Of a stretch of 58,288 bases of DNA, positions 47,995 to 55,690 are shown piece after piece; within the stretch, counting starts at the first letter, position 1, and every line of letters starts with the position of its first letter. This stretch comes from a virus. Lineage: Duplodnaviria > Caudoviricetes. The DNA lies in the IMG/VR virus record IMGVR_UViG_3300023174_000192, positions 1-58,288 of that record. The stretch is one strand, 5' to 3'. The notes under the pieces were generated by a model. The model made no database searches. It was not told the origin of the DNA and saw only the letters and a program-made list of their open reading frames with translations. Position numbers and translations under genes: made by a program.

Positions 47995-48360
47995 TTACTT
48001 CTTCCTTCCTTTAGATTTTCCTGCTTCGGAAAGAGCGATTGCAATAGCTTGTTTACGAGAGGTTACTGTTGGGCCTTTTTTGCTAGTAGAATGCAATTTA
48101 CCCGCTTTAAACTCTTTCATAACTTTTTCAACTTTGCCACCCTTTTTCATTTTCCCAGCAGGGGCAATCTTACTCGGCATTGTCATACGCCCCATTTTCA
48201 TAGGATCCGTATTTTTCATAGCCGTATCAGACATGCCCGTAGAACCCATAGTAGCCGAATCCATAGAGGAATTTAGGTTATCGTATGAAACTTTCATTCC
48301 CTTAAGAGCAGATTCTCTAGCACTACGTGTGTCCTCGGAGGTGTCACGAAGTTTTGCCAT
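47995..48360 (-). CDS. Small basic protein (DUF6496-like C-terminus)
   Basis: MKKGG; KV.KVM.EFK.GKLHS...V.SRKQAIAIALSEAG. Confidence 0.75.
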   Translation of the reverse strand: MAKLRDTSEDTRSARESALKGMKVSYDNLNSSMDSATMGSTGMSDTAMKNTDPMKMGRMTMPSKIAPAGKMKKGGKVEKVMKEFKAGKLHSTSKKGPTVTSRKQAIAIALSEAGKSKGRKK

Positions 48361-48654
48361 TTATTTGCCCTTCTTTTTCCCGAGAGCAATTACAACCATA
48401 AGACCACCCTTCTTACGGCTTCCTTCTTTAGACTCCATTTGGCGGCTTTCTTTTTTCTCGTGTTTACGGCCTTCTTCTTTAACACGACCACCTTTTTTCA
48501 TTGCAGGGGCCATTGCCCCCATAGAAGCAGGTGAAGGAGCCATCATAGGTGCAGGAGGAACTTTGGTAGCCATCATAGTAGCAGGGGCTTCTGAGGCCAT
48601 TCTGCGACGCTTTGGCATCATCTGACTAGCTTTAGGACCACGCATCATAGCCAT
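48361..48654 (-). CDS. Small basic Met/Lys-rich protein
   Basis: MKKGGRV, RKKGG. Confidence 0.7.
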   Translation of the reverse strand: MAMMRGPKASQMMPKRRRMASEAPATMMATKVPPAPMMAPSPASMGAMAPAMKKGGRVKEEGRKHEKKESRQMESKEGSRKKGGLMVVIALGKKKGK

Positions 48655-48655
48655 T

Positions 48656-48805
48656 TTAGCAACCTTTCCCGCTGGACATACCGCCTTTTTTCATAGCGAT
48701 GCCCTTACCTTTAACAGCAATACCACCACCTTTAAGAGCCATCCCTTTGCCCTTAACAGCAATACCACCACCTTTTTTAGCCATAGGCTTCATCATTTTA
48801 GCCAT
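48656..48805 (-). CDS. 49-aa Lys/Gly-rich peptide (below ORF-track cutoff)
   Basis: Manual translation MAKMMKPMAKKGGGIAVKGKGMALKGGGIAVKGKGIAMKKGGMSSGKGC; GGAG RBS. Confidence 0.75.
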   Translation of the reverse strand: MAKMMKPMAKKGGGIAVKGKGMALKGGGIAVKGKGIAMKKGGMSSGKGC

Positions 48806-48808
48806 AAC

Positions 48809-49069
48809 TTATCTCCGTGTTTGTTGCAGTTGATCTGCAATAAGACGATCTATTTTCTCTTCTAGCCGATCAAACCGCTTATGGATGTTAGCTAAATCGT
48901 TATGCAAGTCGGCTTTAGTAACGTACATTTTAGGCATTTCTTCTCTGGTGTCTGAAACAGATTTCCAAAGATTATTGATATGCGAGTTCAGATAAATCAA
49001 AGCCCACGCCATAGGCATAAGGATCAAGCTGTGGATGATATTCCAAATGAAATTCATATCTACCGACAT
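48809..49069 (-). CDS. Single-TM coiled-coil protein
   Basis: N-terminal TM, TREE....YVTK, RLEEKIDRL. Confidence 0.7.
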   Translation of the reverse strand: MSVDMNFIWNIIHSLILMPMAWALIYLNSHINNLWKSVSDTREEMPKMYVTKADLHNDLANIHKRFDRLEEKIDRLIADQLQQTRR

Positions 49070-49080
49070 CGGAATACCAC

Positions 49081-49479
49081 TCAGTACAATTTACGCATGA
49101 CAAGGATGATTGTGTAGGCATCCCCCGAACTAGCATCTAAGGTTGAAAACAAGATATTACCCGTTTTCCCAGTTGTAGTGTTGTTGTCCAACCCGCCAAA
49201 GTCATCAAACGACATTGTTTGCATAACATTTTGTGGGACAGTCAAGATGGTTCCGTTTGCAGTGGCTTCCCAAAACAAACGTACTTCCATCCCATGCGTA
49301 AGAGCGTAGATGCGGTCAATCTGGACAGCCGAACACGCTTTCCCCAGATATGAGGAAAGTGTTGTCACGTCGACCTTCTTAACGGTGGTTTCGCCAGTGC
49401 CATCCGAGGCATTGGTAAACTTCATGATGGCTTGTTTTGCGCCATCATAGAGCAGTTGTGTTGCTACTGTGTCAGCCAT
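49081..49479 (-). CDS. Virion structural protein
   Basis: MAD.V..Q...DG, FTN.SDGTGE...KVDV, FGG, GD.Y.I.L...K.Y. Confidence 0.7.
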   Translation of the reverse strand: MADTVATQLLYDGAKQAIMKFTNASDGTGETTVKKVDVTTLSSYLGKACSAVQIDRIYALTHGMEVRLFWEATANGTILTVPQNVMQTMSFDDFGGLDNNTTTGKTGNILFSTLDASSGDAYTIILVMRKLY

Positions 49480-49521
49480 AATTATCTCCCTGTAAGAGGA
49501 GCGGGATTTCTCCCGCCCGAC

Positions 49522-49995
49522 TTATGATACGGCAGCACTGAATGGGGTGACAACTGTTCCCGAACCAAGGAGATTGGCGCGAACAACAAACACACCGGCA
49601 GCAACATCCATGATTTCAACATAGGACCCAGCAAGTCCGCCTTGCGTAGTGCCATTCATCGTAAGCGTGTCGGAAGCTGGAACTGTCCCGAAGACCGTGC
49701 CCGTTGTACCTGCAACACTTGCAGTCCCAACCATCACGTCTGTGGCGTTTGCCACCTGAACCTTGTAGCTGTTGCTTGTAACGCTTGTTGAAATAACAAA
49801 ACGGTAGATTGCATTAGTACCTGTAGCCGCAGGAAGAGTAGCGGTGATACCAGTAGCAAGGCTAAGGTTAATGATCTGACCGTTGTAGGTAGAGTCTACC
49901 GTAAGGGTAGCTGCGGTAACGGTTGTGTTGGCATCTGTGCCAGTGATAAAGCCAGCTTTCGACGTAACTGGACCTGAAAAGGTAGTTGAACCCAT
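49522..49995 (-). CDS. Virion structural / capsid decoration protein
   Basis: TTFSGPV N-terminus, TLPAATG; Thr/Gly-rich; follows MCP. Confidence 0.7.
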   Translation of the reverse strand: MGSTTFSGPVTSKAGFITGTDANTTVTAATLTVDSTYNGQIINLSLATGITATLPAATGTNAIYRFVISTSVTSNSYKVQVANATDVMVGTASVAGTTGTVFGTVPASDTLTMNGTTQGGLAGSYVEIMDVAAGVFVVRANLLGSGTVVTPFSAAVS

Positions 49996-50003
49996 AATAC
50001 GCA

Positions 50004-50076
50004 CTCCCGCACGATGTAAGCTATGTTGTCTGTGCAGCGTCCGCCGGAACGGTCAACATAGCCGGAAATTCCGGAC
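50004..50076 (-). ncRNA. Structured RNA downstream of the gpT-like capsid gene (Mu-gpT-DE motif-like)
   Basis: 9-bp stem GCUAUGUUG/CAACAUAGC whose loop can pair with 5' CCGGAA and with GUGCG next to the SD; location matches the described Mu-gpT-DE motif. No covariance search was run. Confidence 0.6.
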
Positions 50077-50093
50077 TGATTCTAACTTATACG

Positions 50094-50120
50094 AAAAAAA
50101 GGGCCAGCACAAGCTGACCC
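50094..50120 (-). terminator. Rho-independent terminator after the major capsid gene
   Basis: GGGTCAGC-TTGT-GCTGGCCC-T7. Confidence 0.85.
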
Positions 50121-50145
50121 CTCTATTTTTCACCAACTGCTCAAT

Positions 50146-51054
50146 TTACGCGCCTTGCGAGCCGTAAAGTGTGCGTGGATCAGACCAACCGAAGCTGTAA
50201 CGCTCACGAGCCTTATAACGGACGTTGCCCGTTTCAAAGTCGCCTTCCATTGAAGTTTTGATCGGCGAGCGAACAAAATGCTTCAGACCATTTGGTGCAT
50301 CCGTTTTAATGAAGAAAGCATCAGGGTCGGTCAGGAAGTGGTTAACAGTGAAGCCGCTTGGCAGATAACCACCAGAACGCAGAGCGTTGATGTCGTTATC
50401 CGCTGTCGAGACACGCTGTTCTGACTTCAAAATACGCTCGGCAGTGAACTGAAGGGCTGGGTTGATAATCAACTTCATACCACGAAGAGCGATTTTGAGA
50501 CCGCGTTCGTCGATGAAAGCTGCAATATCAATCAGAGCCTGTTCGAGCGAAGTTTCGTTCAAATCAGATTGAGTAGTTGGAGTGTTCGAGAAGTTACCAC
50601 CACCAACGGTAGGATGTGCGCTGTTGACCAACGACACGCCGTCACCGCCCAGAAAGGACGAAGAGAAAGCGTTGTTGAGAACAGCCGCACCTTTGACCTG
50701 TTTGGTGTTGGACATGGAACGAGCCAACGCACGGGTATAGCGAGAGCTGAGTTTGTCGTAGAGGTTATCCTCAACGGCTTCTTCAGTGATCGCAAAAGCC
50801 AGTGCAATGGTGTCATGGGTGTAACGAGCAGTAAAGGATTCACCAGACGTATCGTACGTGATGGCAGCACCTTCTCCCTTAATGGGAGCCTGACCAAAGC
50901 CCGAAAGCATGACCTCTTCTTCAAACGCACGGTCCGAAGATTCGGTATCAAAGATTTCAGTATGCTCGTTATCATAACGATCATATTCAAGGCCAAACAA
51001 GGCATTGAGTCCGGGTTCAAGCTCTTTGAGGAGTTGTGAACGTGTAATAGCCAT
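50146..51054 (-). CDS. Major capsid protein (Mu gpT-like, HK97 fold)
   Basis: MAI.R.QL.KELEPGLNALFG.EY, SDRAFEEE, ITEEA.EDNLY, GGDGVSL...HP, YKARERYSFG.SDPR. Confidence 0.92.
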   Translation of the reverse strand: MAITRSQLLKELEPGLNALFGLEYDRYDNEHTEIFDTESSDRAFEEEVMLSGFGQAPIKGEGAAITYDTSGESFTARYTHDTIALAFAITEEAVEDNLYDKLSSRYTRALARSMSNTKQVKGAAVLNNAFSSSFLGGDGVSLVNSAHPTVGGGNFSNTPTTQSDLNETSLEQALIDIAAFIDERGLKIALRGMKLIINPALQFTAERILKSEQRVSTADNDINALRSGGYLPSGFTVNHFLTDPDAFFIKTDAPNGLKHFVRSPIKTSMEGDFETGNVRYKARERYSFGWSDPRTLYGSQGA

Positions 51055-51067
51055 TGTTCTTTACTCC

Positions 51068-51685
51068 TTAAATACCCGCGCCAGTGCCATTGGCATTGTA
51101 GCGGTAGAAGTGATTGTTAAGCATGACGAGAGCCAAACGACCCGCAACCGTTGCATCTGCGTTTGAAGGAGTATCTTCAAAACCTGTGATACGAAGGTTG
51201 AGTGTGTTAGTCGTAGTAGCTGTCGACACCGCCAACACGCCCGCAGATTGACCAGTAACAGTGCTACCAGTAGTTGCAGTGGCGAAATTAGCGTTAGCGT
51301 GAATGATACTATCTGCCGCTGCTGCATCACAGTTGATCAAAAACACCTGATCTGGGTTAGTGACCAAAAATGCCGTAGCAGGAGTACTAGATTTTACAGC
51401 AGCAGTTCCGGGCCAATACGGTGACCAACGAGGCTTGCCCGTCAAATCCGTATAGTTACAGCCCAAGAAAACACCCAGAATTGGAACAGTACCACCCGTA
51501 GCAGTGCCGACAATGTCGATCATGCCATTGGTCAATGGAATAACAGGAGAACCCTGATAAATCACACTGGACGTACCCGCTGTAGCAGCCGTTTGGATGC
51601 TCATAACAGTATCGCCGTTGGTATTCGCACCGCTTCCAAGCATACGATACGGGCGAAGCCCGAATGCGGCATTAATATTTGCCAT
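51068..51685 (-). CDS. Minor capsid / cement protein
   Basis: MAN...FGLRP, I.QG..V, GVF.GC.Y.D motifs; directly upstream of MCP. Confidence 0.7.
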   Translation of the reverse strand: MANINAAFGLRPYRMLGSGANTNGDTVMSIQTAATAGTSSVIYQGSPVIPLTNGMIDIVGTATGGTVPILGVFLGCNYTDLTGKPRWSPYWPGTAAVKSSTPATAFLVTNPDQVFLINCDAAAADSIIHANANFATATTGSTVTGQSAGVLAVSTATTTNTLNLRITGFEDTPSNADATVAGRLALVMLNNHFYRYNANGTGAGI

Positions 51686-51702
51686 TGCTTAGATCCTTTA
51701 CA

Positions 51703-52161
51703 TTATTCGGAGGAACGATTTCCACCGAAAGTGACTCGAGATTGCCGTTCTGGTTTGATGATCGGCATTGAAGGATGCTGATCCCGCATCAAATCATTAT
51801 CAACAGCATCCATCTGCTGTTGTGACTGCTTGCGGTAATAAGCACTACGCTGTTTTACAAGATCAATAGGAATACGAGCAAGGATCAAACCACCAACAGC
51901 TATGACTCCGGCATGTTTGCCATCGTTAATAGTGGGCAAATCCCAATCGGGGTATTCCTCGGCGCGAACGAGCTCAAAGCCTTCGCGTAATCGTGCGGAC
52001 AGATTCTTCCGATCATCATACCCATTGGTTTCTACTCGAATCCAACGGTGTGAATACCCCTCAGGTGCAGGGGGTGCGTCCAAAGAGGACGGAGGCTTCC
52101 ACGTTTGTACACGGGAAGTGGAACTGCGTGAATCAGCGGAACGGGGTGTCTTATCTACCAT
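51703..52161 (-). CDS. Conserved head-module protein
   Basis: W.PPS.LDAP..P.G...RWIR, REG.E.V, GGL.LARIP, VDNDLM. Confidence 0.75.
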   Translation of the reverse strand: MVDKTPRSADSRSSTSRVQTWKPPSSLDAPPAPEGYSHRWIRVETNGYDDRKNLSARLREGFELVRAEEYPDWDLPTINDGKHAGVIAVGGLILARIPIDLVKQRSAYYRKQSQQQMDAVDNDLMRDQHPSMPIIKPERQSRVTFGGNRSSE

Positions 52162-52173
52162 AGCTAATACTCC

Positions 52174-53076
52174 TTAACCGTTCATACGCTGAAGCTGCCG
52201 TGCATAATCTTTTAAACTAACTCCTAGGCGTTTGGCAATAGCTACCTGACTAGGAGTCAATTTAACTTGTCTTTGGCCACCTGCATTGGAGGTGGAATTA
52301 GCGGAGGCAACCATCGTAGTCGGCCTTTTTGCTTGATCCTGTTGGAACTTGTGGGGGAACTCTTTACGAATACGTTTATCCAGTTCTTGGTAATAATCTT
52401 CAGACGCAGGGTCAAAACCCTCGTTTTCTACCAAAGATTTATGAAGGCTAAACGCAGTATATGTCATAGGTTCATCAACACCGAACCATACATTTTTCTC
52501 TGCCCAATCCTGAGCCTTAGGATCAGGTTGCACAGGGGTAGGCGCAGGAACAAATTCTGGTACACGGCGTGACTCTTGTACTTCTTGCTCACGACGATAA
52601 GTAGCTACTCGCAATCGTTCATTTTCAATGGCAAGCGATGCCATTTCTTTTTGGGCCGCGATCTGAGTATCAATGTCTCCGCGATCAATAGCCGTCCGCA
52701 GACGATCATTAATCAACTGCTCTTGAGTCTTAAGTCTATGACCTGATTCTGAAATCAAAGACTGATCGAGCATGGAACTTCTATGTTTAGAGGCTTCCAA
52801 CTCTGCTTTGACACCTTTAGCGAAATCTAACGCCGCTTGCTCGCGTCGCTCTGCCTCGCGAAATTTAAACGTAAGTTTTTCTATGCGCTTACGAACCGAT
52901 TCACGGTAAGCCGACAAATCTTCTTCATCATCTTCACCCGTAGCAGGTGCTTTCTTTTCGACAAACTCTCGTGGAGACGAGGTTTCAACTTTTACTTCGA
53001 CTTCAGCAGGCGAATCGATATCTACTTCGATGCCGACTTCATCTTCTCCGATGGTGATATTTTTTTCTTCAGCCAT
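52174..53076 (-). CDS. Capsid scaffolding protein
   Basis: Acidic N-terminus, coiled coil, DPKA..WA..N.WFG, LT.SQVAIAK.LGV....YA. Confidence 0.75.
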   Translation of the reverse strand: MAEEKNITIGEDEVGIEVDIDSPAEVEVKVETSSPREFVEKKAPATGEDDEEDLSAYRESVRKRIEKLTFKFREAERREQAALDFAKGVKAELEASKHRSSMLDQSLISESGHRLKTQEQLINDRLRTAIDRGDIDTQIAAQKEMASLAIENERLRVATYRREQEVQESRRVPEFVPAPTPVQPDPKAQDWAEKNVWFGVDEPMTYTAFSLHKSLVENEGFDPASEDYYQELDKRIRKEFPHKFQQDQAKRPTTMVASANSTSNAGGQRQVKLTPSQVAIAKRLGVSLKDYARQLQRMNG

Positions 53077-53098
53077 AATATTTCTCCTGTTGCGCTGC

Positions 53099-53575
53099 TC
53101 AAAGACTCATAACGTCATCTGGGCTTGCGATGGTTGCGATGATTTCATCATCGTTAATAATACGAACTTCTCCACCTTCAATACGGAAACGCGCCCCCGC
53201 ATATCGGCCGATCATTACCCAATCCCCTTTTTTACACCACGGACCAGCAGAAAACTTTTTTGTATCAAAGTAAGCATCTGGACCAACCACCAAAACATAC
53301 GCAACAACAGTCGCAAGAGACTGACGTTCAACGTATTCTTCAGGAAGATAAACATCCCCCTTAGTTTTTGCTTTTCCACGATAAGGTAGAACAAGAATTC
53401 GCCATCCAGTAGGTTGGGGCAGGCGTTCCAACGCTGATTTATCTAAAAGGGTTGGATCTAATACTCGCTCTTCAGGGGCAATATAGGCTTGCTCTAGGAC
53501 AAGTTTTTCTTCTTCTTTAGGAGGCATAGCTTTAATTTTACGAGCGACATGCTCGGGCAGAATGAGATCAGTCAT
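53099..53575 (-). CDS. groES: Co-chaperonin GroES-like protein
   Basis: P.G.RILV, TKG...LP, V..VGP..Y, GD.V...YAG, R.INDDEI.A. Confidence 0.88.
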   Translation of the reverse strand: MTDLILPEHVARKIKAMPPKEEEKLVLEQAYIAPEERVLDPTLLDKSALERLPQPTGWRILVLPYRGKAKTKGDVYLPEEYVERQSLATVVAYVLVVGPDAYFDTKKFSAGPWCKKGDWVMIGRYAGARFRIEGGEVRIINDDEIIATIASPDDVMSL

Positions 53576-53762
53576 CTAAATCTTCCTGTTTGTGCAGAGA
53601 ACGAACAATTTCTTCCAACTCATTCCACACTTCGAATTTACCTCGTAAGTGCCGGAATGCGGCGAAATCAGAAATAACACCCTCTGTTAGTGCCTCTCTG
53701 ACTACTTCCCGCCGTTCGCGGACGATTTTTAGCAGTTTTTCAACCGTGTAGTGGTCTGTCAC
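53568..53762 (-). CDS. Conserved small protein
   Basis: L..G...D...(Y/F)....G pattern upstream of GroES. Confidence 0.65.
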   Translation of the reverse strand: MTDHYTVEKLLKIVRERREVVREALTEGVISDFAAFRHLRGKFEVWNELEEIVRSLHKQEDLDD

Positions 53763-54283
53763 TTTTTCTCCTTCATATCGGCTAATTGATCTGTTTTAGC
53801 TTTCGAGCCAGCCGAAGACCCATAGTAAAAATTCACAACACCTGTCCATGCAGTGCCTAGCGCACCGAGCATCATCAGCAGGGCTTCTGTCCCTGTTGGC
53901 GGCATACCTTTTAAAAGCATCCATACAAGGATACCAAAAAAGCCGATTGTGATCATAATAGCAAGAACACGAGGTATCCAGTCGTTAGTATGAATCTGCA
54001 TATTACGGGCAGAATCACGGTCTCCCGCAGAGATCTTTTCAAGATCGATATCAAGTTCCTTCATTCGTGTTTTGAAAGATGCGTCGATTTCTTTCAGCTT
54101 CTGCAATTGCTCTGGCGTGGCGTTCATTAGAGCGGCTGACACATCGGATTCGCTTCCGTCCTGATGTCCAAACAATGCTTCTGAAAGAGTTTTCACCGCG
54201 AGGCCCGCTAGGGGACCACCAAGTGCTGTCGCTACTGTTGGTGCTACTTGAGCCAAAAGGCCACCGATCTTTGAAAGGTCCAT
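53759..54283 (-). CDS. Putative holin (GTA 3-TM holin-like)
   Basis: APT.ATALGGP.AG, DR.SAR, two TM segments, ..FYYGSS.GS..K. Confidence 0.75.
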   Translation of the reverse strand: MDLSKIGGLLAQVAPTVATALGGPLAGLAVKTLSEALFGHQDGSESDVSAALMNATPEQLQKLKEIDASFKTRMKELDIDLEKISAGDRDSARNMQIHTNDWIPRVLAIMITIGFFGILVWMLLKGMPPTGTEALLMMLGALGTAWTGVVNFYYGSSAGSKAKTDQLADMKEKK

Positions 54284-54760
54284 TCACTTTATCCTCGCTT
54301 CAATGAGTGCAATTCGTTTGTCCAGTTCTGCGCGGGCAGCGGCAGCGTCAGCTCGAATTGCTGCACGAGCTATTGAGGCATCCGCGTTCATTTCAAGACG
54401 TTGCCGGTCAATAGCAGCCATCGACTTCTCGCGGTCTAGCGTCATAGCCGCCCGAGCCAGTGCCGCATCCCGTTCAACTTTGTCAATCTTGTCATTCAAC
54501 TGCTCACGGATTTGAGCCATGTCTATAGTTGTTCCTTGCGGCGGAATAGCCTTGTTTTCGCTATTCACCACAATGGCAACTCTGGATTTCAGTTGGATGA
54601 TTTCATTGTTTGCAGTGCTAAGAGCGGTCATAAGATAGACCACGCAAGAGAACAAGATCGGGATACCCGCAAACACAATTTTCTCAATCAATGCCCCTTT
54701 GCTTGCAGCAGCAGCAAGGACTTCTTGCATTTTGACCTGAGCTGTTTCTGTCTCGTTCAT
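54284..54760 (-). CDS. Single-TM coiled-coil protein
   Basis: One hydrophobic segment followed by a coiled coil. Confidence 0.65.
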   Translation of the reverse strand: MNETETAQVKMQEVLAAAASKGALIEKIVFAGIPILFSCVVYLMTALSTANNEIIQLKSRVAIVVNSENKAIPPQGTTIDMAQIREQLNDKIDKVERDAALARAAMTLDREKSMAAIDRQRLEMNADASIARAAIRADAAAARAELDKRIALIEARIK

Positions 54761-55230
54761 GGTTTAAACCCTAGAAAAGCAACACCAACCAATAAAATAA
54801 GACCTAAAATAGACATTACGATAACAGTGACTACTGTCGCTTCTTTGATTTCTTCCATTTTAGCCCTACGTAGCTTATCTTGTTCCCACTTTTCCCGCTC
54901 AATTTCTTTACGGATATTGATCACTTCTCTTTGTACCTGATCCCATGCAGATAAGCCATACTGACCCACGAACAAATTTCTAGCTTTTAACGCTAAATCT
55001 TGCGCTTCCGCCTTAGCTGTGTAGCGTTCTACCGCGATTTGCTCTGGGCTTTTATTGGAGAAAAAAACTTTCTTAGGGGGTTCGGCAGCTATTTGCGTTA
55101 GTTTGGCAAGACTCCCCCAAAGATCGGATAAGTCTTTCGCCATGTGTTGAATTTCTTTACCCGCAGCAATGCCTGCCTTCACCCCCGCGAAAGCTGTTTG
55201 CGCTAGTGCCAAAATTGTCAACGGATCCAT
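54757..55230 (-). CDS. Membrane protein
   Basis: MDP.T N-terminus, YG...W, C-terminal TM. Confidence 0.7.
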   Translation of the reverse strand: MDPLTILALAQTAFAGVKAGIAAGKEIQHMAKDLSDLWGSLAKLTQIAAEPPKKVFFSNKSPEQIAVERYTAKAEAQDLALKARNLFVGQYGLSAWDQVQREVINIRKEIEREKWEQDKLRRAKMEEIKEATVVTVIVMSILGLILLVGVAFLGFKP

Positions 55231-55231
55231 A

Positions 55232-55390
55232 TTATTTTTTCTTTGCAGCTCGCATATTATCTACGAGATTAGGGTAAGGGCGACCTGCCGCCTTAGCCGC
55301 AGCTTTGGCAGAAGATTTTTGTTTAGAAGACAACGCTTTAGATTTACCTAACCCTTTAGGGCGAGGTTTGTCCCAAACATCTTTTTTCAT
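55232..55390 (-). CDS. 52-aa basic peptide (below ORF-track cutoff)
   Basis: Manual translation MKKDVWDKPRPKGLGKSKALSSKQKSSAKAAAKAAGRPYPNLVDNMRAAKKK. Confidence 0.75.
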   Translation of the reverse strand: MKKDVWDKPRPKGLGKSKALSSKQKSSAKAAAKAAGRPYPNLVDNMRAAKKK

Positions 55391-55686
55391 TTACCCTTAT
55401 TCCTTTTGCTGATAGCCGCAGCCTTTGCCTTGGCATCCGCCTTGGAAGAAGCACCCCACACCTGAAGAGACTTCAGCAAACGAGTCGGCCTGCCCTTTTC
55501 ATCGTGTTCTGGACCATTCATACCGCCCATACGCGCAAGGAAACTTGCCCTACGAGGATTATCCCCTTTAGGAACAGGCGGCTTCAAGTTATGCCCTTGC
55601 GCTTTAGCAGAAGCGCGACCTTTAGCATTAAGACCACCTTTTGGGTTCTTGCCTTCAGATCGTGCCCAAGCAGGAGATTTTGCCAT
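55387..55686 (-). CDS. Small basic protein (DUF6321-like)
   Basis: PAW.R.EGKNP.GGLNAKGRAS, RR.SF.ARM, L..W. Confidence 0.75.
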   Translation of the reverse strand: MAKSPAWARSEGKNPKGGLNAKGRASAKAQGHNLKPPVPKGDNPRRASFLARMGGMNGPEHDEKGRPTRLLKSLQVWGASSKADAKAKAAAISKRNKGK

Positions 55687-55690
55687 GAAC

